Shown one piece after another: positions 1 through 9,263 of a stretch of 64,000 bases of DNA; position 1 is the stretch's first letter; every line of letters begins with the position of its first letter. Under the pieces are notes generated by a model. The model saw only the letters and a list, made by a program, of their open reading frames with translations. It searched no databases and was not told the origin of the DNA. A program made the translations under genes and the position numbers. The stretch comes from Candidatus Spechtbacterales bacterium (GTDB taxonomy: Bacteria > Patescibacteriota > Minisyncoccia > Spechtbacterales > 2-12-FULL-38-22): positions 1,122 to 65,121 of the forward strand of contig JBBDKX010000035.1 in assembly GCA_040879145.1 (NCBI GenBank), given 5' to 3'.

Positions 1-86
1 CCCAAAAGTTCGCGTGCCACATCAGCGGACGGTTTTGTATAAAAGTCTATACCTAATCTTTTTTGCATATAAATTATATTAACATA

Positions 87-111
87 AAACCGCCTCCAGG
101 GGCGGTTTTAA
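87..111. terminator. rho-independent terminator hairpin (bidirectional)
   Basis: aaaaccgcctccaggggcggtttta: GC stem with A/T runs on both sides; downstream of minus-strand ORF ending at 119. Confidence 0.6.
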
Positions 112-118
112 TGAACTA

Positions 119-439
119 TTAACTCACAAGTACCTTGCTATCTTCCGCAAGGATAATTTCTGCGGCACAAAACGGGCAGAATTTTACCTCAATCTCATCT
201 CTTGTTGTTGCAAGAGTAACAGCGAGCTTGCCGTTAAACTGAGTGAAGTTCAAACCGGGTTGTACCTGGCCTGAAACTTCATCAAAGGTCATTGCCTTCT
301 TATTGCCGGAATGGCAAAAAGTTGTGAAGAAATCACGGCAACAAAAATCGTTTTTAGTAAGCCGATACCCCTTGGCGTATCCGCTTTCATTGACTCCTGT
401 CGTGTAACGAATTACACACTGGTCGTTTCTTTGACCCAT
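119..439 (-). CDS. hypothetical Cys-rich protein (7 Cys, possible metal-binding)
   Basis: 106-aa ORF followed by terminator; CC and CxxxxxxxC and CPFC motifs; no family recognised. Confidence 0.45.
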   Translation of the reverse strand: MGQRNDQCVIRYTTGVNESGYAKGYRLTKNDFCCRDFFTTFCHSGNKKAMTFDEVSGQVQPGLNFTQFNGKLAVTLATTRDEIEVKFCPFCAAEIILAEDSKVLVS

Positions 440-543
440 TCTGCTCCTCCTTGTTTTGGAACTATGAATATAATATCACTTTTTTTGAAAATAGTCAACA
501 AATACCTACTTATTCGCTACTTAAAATCGTTGCCAGACAACAC

Positions 544-1683
544 TCACTTAAAGTACCTCTTCCCTTTTAACTTCTCCGGCATAAAATCCTCTTCTGTGTA
601 CTTTTCATAGTCTTTTCCATAATCCATCTCTTTCATAAGTTTTGTGGGAGCATTTCTTATTTTAAGCGGTACAGGCAGATTGCCGTGCTCTTTTACATCT
701 TTTTGTGCCGCCCGCAAAGCATCGTAAGCGCTCCTGTCCTTTTGTGCATTAGAAAGATAAGCGACTCCGTGTGCTAAATTTATTGCGCACTCAGGCATGC
801 CTATCTGCTCCACAGCGCGAAACACACCATTTGCGACAACAAGTGCTGTCGGCTGCGCTATGCCTATATCTTCACTGGAAAATATCACCATGCGCCTCGC
901 TATAAACTTCGGGTCCTCTCCCGCGTCCAGCATCCGCGCCAGGTAATACATGGCCGCATCCGCCTGACTTGCCCGCATGCTTTTTATAAAAGCGCTTATT
1001 GTATTGTAGTGCTCCTCCCCTTTTTTATCGTAACGCAGATATTTATCCTGCAAGGTATTCTTTAAATTCTCTACCGTTATTTTGCCGTAAAGTTCATTTG
1101 TATTTTCTAACATGCCCAATGCCTGTCGCGCGTCGCCGTTTGCAAGACGAACTAAAAAATCCTGTTCGTCTTTACCCATTTTAAATCCGCTTCTTGCAAA
1201 AATATGTTTCATCTCTTTTTCGTCCAATTCATTCAGCGTAAATACCCGGCACCTGGAAAGAAGCGGAGATATTACCTCAAAACTCGGATTCTCCGTTGTA
1301 GCTCCTATTAATATAAGCTCTCCGCTCTCCACATGGGGTAAAAGGAAATCCTGTTGGGCTTTGTTAAAGCGGTGTATCTCATCTAAAAACAGTATCTTTG
1401 GCCGGTCCTTAGTACTTGTATCAAGTATTTTTTTAATATCCGCTTTTCCCGCCGATACCGCCGACAGCTCAAAAAGTTCCGCCTTTAAGCTTTCGGCATA
1501 AATTCGCGCTAAAGTTGTCTTACCCACTCCGGGAGGTCCCCACAATATAAAAGAAAATAAATGCCCGCTCTCTATAGCAACACGAATAGGCCTGCCTTCC
1601 GCGACAAGATGTTCCTGTCCAACGAATTCATCCAGATTCTTTGGTCTTATTTTAGATGCCAATGGTTCTGTCATAGCGCTCAT
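544..1683 (-). CDS. rarA: replication-associated recombination protein A (AAA+ ATPase RarA/MgsA)
   Basis: Walker A GPPGVGKTTLARIYA, Walker B FLDEIHRFNK, sensor motifs, C-terminal MgsA helical domain. Confidence 0.9.
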   Translation of the reverse strand: MSAMTEPLASKIRPKNLDEFVGQEHLVAEGRPIRVAIESGHLFSFILWGPPGVGKTTLARIYAESLKAELFELSAVSAGKADIKKILDTSTKDRPKILFLDEIHRFNKAQQDFLLPHVESGELILIGATTENPSFEVISPLLSRCRVFTLNELDEKEMKHIFARSGFKMGKDEQDFLVRLANGDARQALGMLENTNELYGKITVENLKNTLQDKYLRYDKKGEEHYNTISAFIKSMRASQADAAMYYLARMLDAGEDPKFIARRMVIFSSEDIGIAQPTALVVANGVFRAVEQIGMPECAINLAHGVAYLSNAQKDRSAYDALRAAQKDVKEHGNLPVPLKIRNAPTKLMKEMDYGKDYEKYTEEDFMPEKLKGKRYFK

Positions 1684-1738
1684 TCTATCACAAAACGTGT
1701 GAAATATCAGTAAATAAAAACACCTCTTTCATGTCCAA

Positions 1739-1773
1739 GTTGACAAAACATAGGTTTTCAGTATATAATAGCC
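1739..1773 (+). promoter_or_regulatory. sigma70-like promoter TTGACA-N16/17-TATATAAT with ~180-nt 5' UTR
   Basis: ttgacaaaacataggttttcagtatataat upstream of DEAD-box helicase gene. Confidence 0.55.
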
Positions 1774-1953
1774 CTAAATCAAGTGAATCTCATATCCTGC
1801 CTGCACGGTTAAAATTACCGCAAGCGCGCAGGCAGGCGTTTATCTCTTGTTACATCAAGAGAAACTATAATCCAATACGCCCGGAGATATTCTCGCCAAA
1901 GGCGGGCAAACTTGTAAACTCACAAAAAATAATAATAGTGAGACGAATTTAAT

Positions 1954-3192
1954 ATGACACAAAGACACAACAATAGATCCTCAAACCGTTCGCGTTCCCA
2001 CAACAATAACCGGGGCTCATCTTCACGCCAAAACTATGGCGGAGGAAGAAGGCGCCATTCCGCTCCTCAAAATCGCGGAGGTCAAAGACAAAGCCTAAAT
2101 ATAAACACATTTATAAACAAGGCTGAAGCGATACAAAATACTGAAGAAAAAATAGTGCCAAAGCACAAATTCAGTGATTTTGCGATACACGAAAATCTAA
2201 AGCGTGCTATTGCCGCAAGAGATTTTACATCACCCACACCTATCCAGGATGAGGCAATACCTCATATCCTAAAAGGGCGTGACATTGTAGGGATAGCCAA
2301 CACAGGAACAGGAAAAACTGCAGCTTTTCTGATACCCCTTATAGACAAAATACTAAACAACCCTGACAAAAGGGTTCTTATTGTTACACCAACCCGCGAA
2401 CTTGCAAACCAAATACATAACGATGTAAGAAAACTTACGCCTCAAATGGGGATTTATTCTGTTTGTTGCGTTGGAGGAGCATCTATTGGTCCCCAGCTTC
2501 GTGACTTAAAGAGACGTCATAACTTTGTTATCGGAACCCCCGGACGCTTAAAGGACTTGATAGAGCGCGGAAACTTAAACCTTGCAAAGACAAGTACAAT
2601 AGTGCTTGACGAAGCAGACCGAATGTTGGACATGGGTTTTATTCACGACATGCGCTATCTTGTTGCAAGAATGCCCGAGCAACGCCATACGCTTTTCTTC
2701 TCAGCTACGCTTTCCAAAGACATTGAAAAACTTGTTAGCGATTTTCTGCGCGACCCTGTAACAGTGTCTGTAAAAACACAGGATACTTCAAAAAATGTTG
2801 ACCAGGATGTTATACGCGTAAACGGAAAAAACGCGAAGGTTGACGAACTGCACAACCTGCTCTTGCAGCCCGAATTTAATAAAGTACTGGTATTTGGCAG
2901 AACGAAGCACGGAGTTGAAAAACTATCTGTAGATCTTAGAAAACGAGGGTTTAAAACGGCCTCTATTCATGGAAATAAATCATACAACCAGCGTCAGAGT
3001 GCGCTCGGCTCATTCAAAGAAGACAGAGTACGCATACTTATAGCAACAGATGTTGCCTCCCGCGGACTTGATATTCCTGATGTAAGCCATGTTATAAACT
3101 TTGACATACCCAACACTTACGATGATTACGTGCACCGTATCGGCAGAACAGGCCGATGGGGCAAAACAGGAAAAGCTCTCACCTTCGTATAA
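1954..3192 (+). CDS. DEAD-box ATP-dependent RNA helicase with N-terminal R/S/N-rich region
   Basis: Q-motif TPIQ, Ax[29 protein letters not shown] motifs. Confidence 0.9.
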   Translation: MTQRHNNRSSNRSRSHNNNRGSSSRQNYGGGRRRHSAPQNRGGQRQSLNINTFINKAEAIQNTEEKIVPKHKFSDFAIHENLKRAIAARDFTSPTPIQDEAIPHILKGRDIVGIANTGTGKTAAFLIPLIDKILNNPDKRVLIVTPTRELANQIHNDVRKLTPQMGIYSVCCVGGASIGPQLRDLKRRHNFVIGTPGRLKDLIERGNLNLAKTSTIVLDEADRMLDMGFIHDMRYLVARMPEQRHTLFFSATLSKDIEKLVSDFLRDPVTVSVKTQDTSKNVDQDVIRVNGKNAKVDELHNLLLQPEFNKVLVFGRTKHGVEKLSVDLRKRGFKTASIHGNKSYNQRQSALGSFKEDRVRILIATDVASRGLDIPDVSHVINFDIPNTYDDYVHRIGRTGRWGKTGKALTFV

Positions 3193-4982
3193 TGGAGATT
3201 AGAAATATAGCAATCATAGCCCATGTGGACCATGGTAAAACCACGCTTACAGACGCGATTATGCGCCAGACCGGCTCTACAAAGGAAGGTGTAAGTATGG
3301 ACTCCAACGATCTTGAGCAGGAACGCGGTCTTACGATTTACGCAAAAAACGCCTCCGTTGCATACAAGGGCACTAAAATAAACATAGTGGACACTCCAGG
3401 CCACGCGGATTTCGGTTCTGAAGTAGAACGGGTACTTCGCTCCATAGACTCCGTTATTCTTGTTGTGGACGCGCAGGAAGGTCCTATGCCACAAACCCGT
3501 TTTGTGCTTAAAAAATCGCTGGAACTCGGACACAAACCTATAGTTGTGCTAAACAAGATAGATAAGCCCGCGGCTAATCCGGCGCGCGCGCATGATGAAG
3601 TACTTGAACTGTTTTTTGACCTGGGCGCCGAAGAAGACCAGCTCAACTTTACAACAGTTTACGCAATAGGAGTAGACGGCGTTGCTATACGCGAGCTAAA
3701 AGACGAACGTAAAAATATAGAACCCCTACTGGATGTAATACTTGAAGAAGTTCCTCCCGCATCCGACAACAGTGAAGGGGCTTTAAAGGTGCAACCGTTT
3801 AACCTGGCGTACGATAACTTTCTCGGCAGACTTGCCATCGGCAGAATATACAGCGGTGTTTTAAAAGACGGCGCTAATGTTTTTATCAAAAAAGCTTCCG
3901 GCAAGATTGAATCAGGAAAAATAACAAAGGTTTTTACTTTTGAAGGAACTAACAGAAAAGAGGCGGCGCAGGCGCAAGCGGGAGACATTGTAATGCTCGC
4001 AGGACTGCCTGAAATTTATATAGGAGATACAATATGCGATTCTAAAGAAACAGAAGCGCTCCCTGCGATAGAGGTGGACGAGCCGACCATAGCTTTAAAT
4101 TTTTTAGTAAACAACTCCCCTTTTGCGGGGCGTGAAGGTAAATATGTAACAGGAAGGCAGATAAAAGACCGCCTGCTTAAAGAATTGGAGGTTAACGTTG
4201 GATTGCGCGTAGATTTTGAAGACGACCAAATGAAAGTGTACGGAAGAGGTGAACTACACATAGCCATACTTCTTGAAAACATGCGAAGAGAGGGATACGA
4301 ACTCCAGGTGTCACAACCCCAGGTAATAATAAAAGAAATAGACGGGGTAAAAAGCGAACCTTTTGAAGAGGTAATAGTAGATGTTCCGATGGAATCACAG
4401 GGAACAGTTATAGAAAAACTCTCACAAAGAGCTGTAATTATGATAGGAATAAAACAGGATGGTAACACTGTACGCCTTACTTTTGAAGGTCCCACCCGCG
4501 GGCTTTTGGGATACCGGGGACAATTTATAGTAGATACTAAAGGAGAGGGAATTTTTGCCAGTCGTTTTATAGGGTTCAAGCCACACGCGGGCAAGATACA
4601 AAAACGCAAGACGGGTTCCATGGCATCTATGGCAACAGGAAAAGCTCTTGGGTTTTCACTGTACAACCTGCAGGCAAGAGGCACTCTGTATATAGGGGCA
4701 AATACCGAAGTGTACGAAGGAATGGTAATAGGAAACACATCCAAAGGGGTAGACTTAGCGGTAAATCCCACAAAAGGGAAGCAGCTTACAAATATGCGCG
4801 CGAGCGGCTCAGACGATAACATATCCCTAACCCCACCCACTCCTGTCACAATAGAAGGCGGGCTGGAAATAATGCAGGACGATGAATATCTTGAAATAAC
4901 TCCAAAAAGCGTACGCCTGAGAAAACAACTCTTAACCGAAGTAGAACGGGCAAAGATAAAACGGCAGGAAAAATACGAATAA
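3192..4982 (+). CDS. typA: translational GTPase TypA/BipA
   Basis: [26 protein letters not shown]-motifs; ATG overlaps helicase stop (taATGg); ORF-track start 3156 is upstream of the likely ATG. Confidence 0.9.
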   Translation: MEIRNIAIIAHVDHGKTTLTDAIMRQTGSTKEGVSMDSNDLEQERGLTIYAKNASVAYKGTKINIVDTPGHADFGSEVERVLRSIDSVILVVDAQEGPMPQTRFVLKKSLELGHKPIVVLNKIDKPAANPARAHDEVLELFFDLGAEEDQLNFTTVYAIGVDGVAIRELKDERKNIEPLLDVILEEVPPASDNSEGALKVQPFNLAYDNFLGRLAIGRIYSGVLKDGANVFIKKASGKIESGKITKVFTFEGTNRKEAAQAQAGDIVMLAGLPEIYIGDTICDSKETEALPAIEVDEPTIALNFLVNNSPFAGREGKYVTGRQIKDRLLKELEVNVGLRVDFEDDQMKVYGRGELHIAILLENMRREGYELQVSQPQVIIKEIDGVKSEPFEEVIVDVPMESQGTVIEKLSQRAVIMIGIKQDGNTVRLTFEGPTRGLLGYRGQFIVDTKGEGIFASRFIGFKPHAGKIQKRKTGSMASMATGKALGFSLYNLQARGTLYIGANTEVYEGMVIGNTSKGVDLAVNPTKGKQLTNMRASGSDDNISLTPPTPVTIEGGLEIMQDDEYLEITPKSVRLRKQLLTEVERAKIKRQEKYE

Positions 4983-5004
4983 TCACACTCAATACCAAAA
5001 AAAT

Positions 5005-5039
5005 AAACGGGTCACTGCAGTGACCCGTTTATTTTTTTA
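5005..5039. terminator. rho-independent terminator (bidirectional)
   Basis: aaacgggtcactgcagtgacccgttt followed by T7; A-run on other side. Confidence 0.75.
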
Positions 5040-5055
5040 TAGTTAAATGTCGGCT

Positions 5056-5215
5056 TTACTTCTTTTCTGTTTCACCCTCTTCAGGCACTACTATCCAGGC
5101 AATAAGATATAAAATTACTCCGGGAAAAACACCCGTAAATACAACAGCCACTGCCATTATAAGCCGGAGTATGGTTGAATCTGTCTTAAGATACTCCCCT
5201 AATCCGCCGGCAATC
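5056..5215 (-). pseudogene. PspC-domain reading frame without own start codon (possible frameshifted C-terminal continuation of ORF 5199..5480)
   Basis: my translation of minus frame: RGIAGGLGEYLKTDSTILRLIMAVAVVFTGVFPGVILYLIAWIVVPEEGETEKK matches PspC family consensus; frame opens right after TGA, no ATG/GTG/TTG before domain. Confidence 0.4.
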
Positions 5216-5480
5216 CCTCTTCAATCCTTTTAGCTGTATTTTCTCTTTTGTTGACTATAATACCCCCGCCCGCTATATATTCATTACCGGACGATGTTTC
5301 TATTATTACAGGCATTGCCATGGAAGGTTCCTGAAAATATTTATTTTTACTCCACTCTATAACATCACCCGGCGTGCGAAATGTAATCGCGGTTTCTCCG
5401 TCTTGAAATCGCAATATTTCCTGATGCTGAAAAGATTCTTTTTCTTCAGAATTATTAAAATTAGGTTTTTCAAAATTCAT
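5199..5480 (-). CDS. hypothetical protein (93 aa), ends 1 frame off from downstream PspC domain
   Basis: ORF track; C-terminus ...KRIEEGLPAD* while shifted frame continues IAGGLGEY... Confidence 0.4.
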   Translation of the reverse strand: MNFEKPNFNNSEEKESFQHQEILRFQDGETAITFRTPGDVIEWSKNKYFQEPSMAMPVIIETSSGNEYIAGGGIIVNKRENTAKRIEEGLPAD

Positions 5481-5671
5481 ACATTAAAAATTAATTGTAC
5501 CTCTTTATAGTAGCAGATTAAAAACGAAATATAAATGAATTTTACTTCCCGTGGAGAGTGTTTAGATCTGATGAGGTCTGGCTTTGTAGGGTTTAGAGAA
5601 CTTAGGTATTTCATTAGACACCACACGCTTATATGAAATATAATAGATATGCTATAATTTAGTTAAATAGT

Positions 5672-6415
5672 ATGTCTAAAGAAAAAATACCAAAAATTGA
5701 AGATGTTGCGAATAAAGAAAATTGGGAAGATGCCAATGTAACATACGAATTTAAAGATGGTAAGTATATAGTGGGAAGGATAGAAATAACTGGATTAGAA
5801 TACTTATCCAAATTTGAAATGACTTCCGAGGAGGAAGATAAGTTTTTTAATGCTATATATAAATTATTTGCTTTAAATAATTTTAATCTGGAAGAAAAAG
5901 AGGTTGAACAAGATATAGGAAGAGAACAACCTATACGAAAATTGGTAAGAAAAATTACAATTAATTTTTCGCCTGAAGCTCCAAAAAAGTGGTACCAAGA
6001 ACACAAAAAGGAATTAGTGATTACTGGTAAATGGAATCAAAGTGGTCAAAATATTAAGCCTGACCCCTCAATTTTAGATAAGCAGAAAGAGTTGAAAGAT
6101 ATGTATCCAGATACATACCCTGGGGAATATAAAGACCCTTCAGAAGGGTTTATGGAAGAATATACAGGAAGTGTTACTATTTATCCAAATAATATTTCAG
6201 ATAAATCTGAATTATATATAACTACTTTTCATGAGCTGGCTCATGTAACTCAAAAATGGCAGGGTAGAAGTTTCATGTTAAATACGCCTATTGGCGCAAA
6301 ATACGGAGAAGAACCTCACGAGGTTGAGGCTGAAAATGTAGGCAAAAAATTTGCAGAAATGTTATTAGAATCAAAAAATAACAAAAAACATAAAACTAAA
6401 TTTAAAAAAAGATAA
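5672..6415 (+). CDS. hypothetical protein with HExxH motif (HELAH) and Lys-rich C-terminus; AT-rich gene
   Basis: 247-aa ORF, TATAAT-like box upstream, terminator downstream. Confidence 0.5.
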   Translation: MSKEKIPKIEDVANKENWEDANVTYEFKDGKYIVGRIEITGLEYLSKFEMTSEEEDKFFNAIYKLFALNNFNLEEKEVEQDIGREQPIRKLVRKITINFSPEAPKKWYQEHKKELVITGKWNQSGQNIKPDPSILDKQKELKDMYPDTYPGEYKDPSEGFMEEYTGSVTIYPNNISDKSELYITTFHELAHVTQKWQGRSFMLNTPIGAKYGEEPHEVEAENVGKKFAEMLLESKNNKKHKTKFKKR

Positions 6416-6431
6416 AAACAGTAAATAAAAT

Positions 6432-6460
6432 AATAGCCCTTAAAGGGGCTATTATTTTTT
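6432..6460 (+). terminator. rho-independent terminator
   Basis: aatagcccttaaaggggctatt + T6. Confidence 0.6.
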
Positions 6461-6485
6461 AGGTTAAAAATTAGGTGTCTCGGTC
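6455..6485. repeat. 31-bp direct repeat copy 1 (ttttagg(g)ttaaaaattaggtgtctYggtc)
   Basis: near-identical to 7536..7567. Confidence 0.7.
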
Positions 6486-6638
6486 TGTAAAACTTGCTAA
6501 ATATAAATATTTATGATATATAAAGACAAACCTCCAGAGCTTGTTGTAGTCATTATACCTCGCAATTTAGGGAATTGCGAGGGCTCATTATACCGTGCTT
6601 AAAAGGAGTGCGGTATCGACAAGCAAAGGAGATAAGCC

Positions 6639-6986
6639 ATGTCCGAAAAATACGTAGAGAACCCAAGCAACTTGAATAAATTCGATCTGGTGCAAAGCGG
6701 AAGAATAGAATTGGGAGTAATAGTCAGCGATCCCTTTTCTGTGAGCTGGCATGAACATGGTCCAATAGGTGATCCTAGTTCTTATGCTCTCGTAAACGAT
6801 AACATGGTCGTTGTTTGGCTTCCTCTGGAATCACGCACAGAGCTTTGCAGAATTGATAATCTGAATCTACTTAGCGTAGATATTGAAGATCTAAAACAGC
6901 GTTTTTCTGACCTTGTGTCAGATGCGTTGTTGGATGCTCATAGGCTTCGCGCAGCTGCCGATGCGATAGGTGAAAAGAAAGCATAG
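6639..6986 (+). CDS. hypothetical protein (115 aa)
   Basis: strong SD aaaggagataagccATG; terminator follows; higher GC than flanks. Confidence 0.55.
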   Translation: MSEKYVENPSNLNKFDLVQSGRIELGVIVSDPFSVSWHEHGPIGDPSSYALVNDNMVVVWLPLESRTELCRIDNLNLLSVDIEDLKQRFSDLVSDALLDAHRLRAAADAIGEKKA

Positions 6987-6999
6987 TTAGTTCTTTCTA

Positions 7000-7027
7000 C
7001 AGCCCTCTATTAGAGGGCTGTTTTTTG
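7000..7027 (+). terminator. rho-independent terminator
   Basis: cagccctctattagagggctg + T6. Confidence 0.7.
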
Positions 7028-7046
7028 TTATTGTTCCACAAAAATA

Positions 7047-7535
7047 CTATTCTAATGTAATCTTCTCCGGAGATAAATCTTCAAACTGTTCTTTTGAGTA
7101 AACACCGATACCTCTTAGCTGATTTTCCTCTCGTGTACTTGTTGTAAAAAGAGTAATGTGAGGCAGTGGAACTTCCAGATCAAGTCCTAGGATCAAATTT
7201 AACTGCGTATAAAATGTGGCGATATCCGACAAATCTATTAACTGGATATAGGATTCTCTTATTTCTGGCTGCCCTTCATCACTCTTGCTATCTTCCTCTT
7301 CGTAGTTTTTAGTGATGTGATAATATTCGGGTTTGAAAGAAAAAGACTAATTTAAATCTTGTGCGAGTTGTTCGATTTTGTTTAACAGTTGTTTCTTTTT
7401 GTCTTCGGGGAATAAATTTAATTTTTCTAAAATAGCTTCACCGGTTCTGCTTCCAATTAAAGTGAGATGGAATTCACTCTTCTCAGAAAGCCCTTCAATT
7501 TCTGCCTGGTTCAAGACGGTAAAGGCTTCTCGGGA
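7047..7535 (-). pseudogene. 2H-phosphoesterase (LigT/ThpR-like 2'-5' RNA ligase) gene with in-frame TAG and missing 5' end
   Basis: my translation: ...SEKSEFHLTLIGSRTGEA...QDLN*SFSFKPEYYHITKNY...VPLPHITLFTTS...; two HxT/S motifs, one continuous frame interrupted by TAG at 7343-7345; N-terminus cut by repeat copy 2. Confidence 0.5.
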
Positions 7536-7567
7536 TGTTTTTAGGGTTAAAAATTAGGTGTCTTGGT
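7536..7567. repeat. 31-bp direct repeat copy 2
   Basis: gtttttagggttaaaaattaggtgtcttggtc vs copy 1. Confidence 0.7.
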
Positions 7568-7576
7568 CGGATAGAA

Positions 7577-8377
7577 TTATTCCAATTTATTTCGAACCAC
7601 CTTCTCTTTCGCCTCGGATTCTATCTCTTGCCAATCCTCTTCACTAAAATGCCTTTCGTCACCCTCACGACGATAGTAATGCAGCCAATTTGTATTTTCT
7701 GAATATTTTTTATACATAACATTCAGCAAATTAGAGCTCACAGGATTAAGACCGAGTTGGCGCTCAATTTCCTCTACCTTTTCTACACTATTTGATTCTA
7801 TTTCTGCTGTGTATCCATAGCCGGTTACATTTTGTATATCTATTTGAGTATCTGCATCTATCTTATACAATTTTCTTCTGCTAGTCCAAATGGAGGTTTC
7901 TTTGGGCCCTAACTTGTATAATGCTTTGGAACATTCATACACATAGTCCCCATCAACAACAACATTGATCTCTACACGTTCTACATCATGCAACGGATTC
8001 TCACTCGCTTTAAATGTAAGCTCAATACTCTGAATAATATTATTTTCATCCAATCTCCCTCTAAGTCGAAGCTGTATGCGTATATCATCGGGAAGATGTG
8101 TTAACTGCTTTATTAAACTATCTACTCCCGCCATATAGTCAAAATTGAGTTTTTCCGCAAATTCCAAGGCCTGCTCTTTATTCATGGACTCATAAAAACG
8201 AGAGTCCTCATGATATTCTCCTATCATCTTGGTATTAGGAAAAAGAGATACTATTTTATCTTCTAACTTTTCTAGATCTTCTTCGGAAGCTAGTAAATAT
8301 TTACGCTCTATTTCTAAGCTGGGTTCGCGTTCTTTTGGATTAACTTCTGCTTCTTTTTTAGGAAATGATTCATCCAT
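7577..8377 (-). CDS. CYTH-domain protein (triphosphate tunnel metalloenzyme/class IV adenylyl cyclase-like) with C-terminal extension
   Basis: N-terminal EIERKYLL signature, RLRGR, ExE motifs near C-end of domain. Confidence 0.55.
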   Translation of the reverse strand: MDESFPKKEAEVNPKEREPSLEIERKYLLASEEDLEKLEDKIVSLFPNTKMIGEYHEDSRFYESMNKEQALEFAEKLNFDYMAGVDSLIKQLTHLPDDIRIQLRLRGRLDENNIIQSIELTFKASENPLHDVERVEINVVVDGDYVYECSKALYKLGPKETSIWTSRRKLYKIDADTQIDIQNVTGYGYTAEIESNSVEKVEEIERQLGLNPVSSNLLNVMYKKYSENTNWLHYYRREGDERHFSEEDWQEIESEAKEKVVRNKLE

Positions 8378-8448
8378 ATATTTTTATTACTTTTAATACC
8401 CTCCCGGTCACTTGCCCGTCCGTCCTTTGACGGGAACTAGCACATGAG

Positions 8449-8467
8449 TGTTGCCTCGCAGGGATTC
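8449..8467 (-). repeat. 19-bp duplicate of tRNA-Gln 3' end (tgttgcctcgcagggattc)
   Basis: identical to 8663..8681 in same orientation. Confidence 0.8.
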
Positions 8468-8662
8468 CGGGCTTCGCCCTAGAACCCTCGCTCTCTTCGT
8501 TCGCTCTTTGAAACCCCTCGGTTTCAACGCTATGCGCCTAAAGGCGCAAAACGGCATCCGCCACAGGGAACCGCGGTTCCCCGACCCCCTCCGCAGGTTC
8601 GAATCCCTGCTGTCAAAAAACCAGTATAATTTTAGCGGGATTAAACCCGCTAAAATTAACTA
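8468..8662. other. GC-rich structured segment with tRNA-like T-arm fragment (ggttcgaatccctgc, inverted) and several hairpins; possible pseudo-tRNA/att remnant
   Basis: hairpins gggaaccgcggttccc, tgcgcctaaaggcgca, gaaacccctcggtttc, agcgggattaaacccgct; cannot be folded into a canonical tRNA. Confidence 0.35.
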
Positions 8663-8664
8663 TG

Positions 8665-8735
8665 TTGCCTCGCAGGGATTCGAACCCCAGTTTTCGGTTC
8701 CAGAGACCGACGTTCTACCACTGAACTACGAGGCA
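8665..8735 (-). tRNA. tRNA-Gln (anticodon CUG)
   Basis: hand-folded: U1-A72 acceptor TGCCTCG/CGAGGCA, D-arm GTTCAGTGGTAGAAC, anticodon loop CTCTGGA, T-loop TTCGAAT; no encoded CCA. Confidence 0.7.
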
Positions 8736-8850
8736 ATATGTACAAATTTTTTAAAAACTTCTCTTCAACTACGGGGCAATGAACATTTTGTATCTTACCT
8801 TAATCAATATTCTTTATCAAGAAAAAGCCCCACAAAAAATGCGAGGCTCG

Positions 8851-8933
8851 TGCCGGAGGCGGGATTTGAACCCGCACGCTCATAGAGCAACGGAGTTTAA
8901 GTCCGTCATGTCTGCCTATTCCACCACTCCGGC
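8851..8933 (-). tRNA. tRNA-Leu (anticodon UAA), class II with long variable arm
   Basis: acceptor GCCGGAG/CTCCGGC, anticodon stem ACGGA/TCCGT loop CTTAAAC, variable hairpin, T-arm GCGGGTTCAAATCCCGC. Confidence 0.8.
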
Positions 8934-8980
8934 AAGGAACAAAGTTTTCTGCTTCGCATAAACATTTATGCGAAGTTTCG

Positions 8981-9052
8981 TGCGCGCGGCTGGGATTGAA
9001 CCAGCGACCTCCTGCGTGTAAGGCAGGCGCTCTTCCGCTAAGCTACGCGCGC
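8981..9052 (-). tRNA. tRNA-Val (anticodon UAC)
   Basis: acceptor GCGCGCG, anticodon stem CCTGC/GCAGG loop CTTACAC, T-arm GCTGGTTCAATCCCAGC. Confidence 0.8.
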
Positions 9053-9071
9053 AGTTTGCGAAGTGAAATAA

Positions 9072-9263
9072 TCACTTCTTTTTCTTATCTCTTTTTTCCT
9101 TGATGAGGAATCCCCGCCTCGCGCCTTCCGCGCGGGAAAGAGGAAATGGTTTGCCGTCATTTGCGGCAACAATTTCTTCCGCCTCATGGCGGGGCATTCC
9201 GCGTTGAACCATTGCCTCAACCCACTCTTCGCGGGTTAAGACCTGTACTTCGTTATCACTCAT
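9072..9263 (-). CDS. small hypothetical protein (63 aa, Lys-rich C-terminus)
   Basis: ATG overlaps stop of upstream small ORF (gATGAgtgataa); embedded in tRNA array. Confidence 0.4.
   Translation of the reverse strand: MSDNEVQVLTREEWVEAMVQRGMPRHEAEEIVAANDGKPFPLSRAEGARRGFLIKEKRDKKKK

Noticed and set aside
4016-4849. Long antisense ORFs inside typA (4016..4849), rarA (1112..1501), secD (51637..52245), ATPase (46346..46888) and others
   Set aside because: They are fully contained on the opposite strand of confidently identified conserved genes and show low-complexity Ser/Pro-rich translations.
8527-8616. Class II tRNA on the plus strand ending in ggttcgaatccctgctgtca
   Set aside because: No complementary 5' acceptor strand and no D-arm; T-loop spacing is off by one; better explained as an inverted fragment of tRNA-Gln.
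8448-8961. ORF-track proteins 8448..8885 and 8779..8961 on the plus strand
   Set aside because: They run antisense across the tRNA-Gln and tRNA-Leu genes and the tRNA-like debris, so they are spurious translations of structured RNA DNA.
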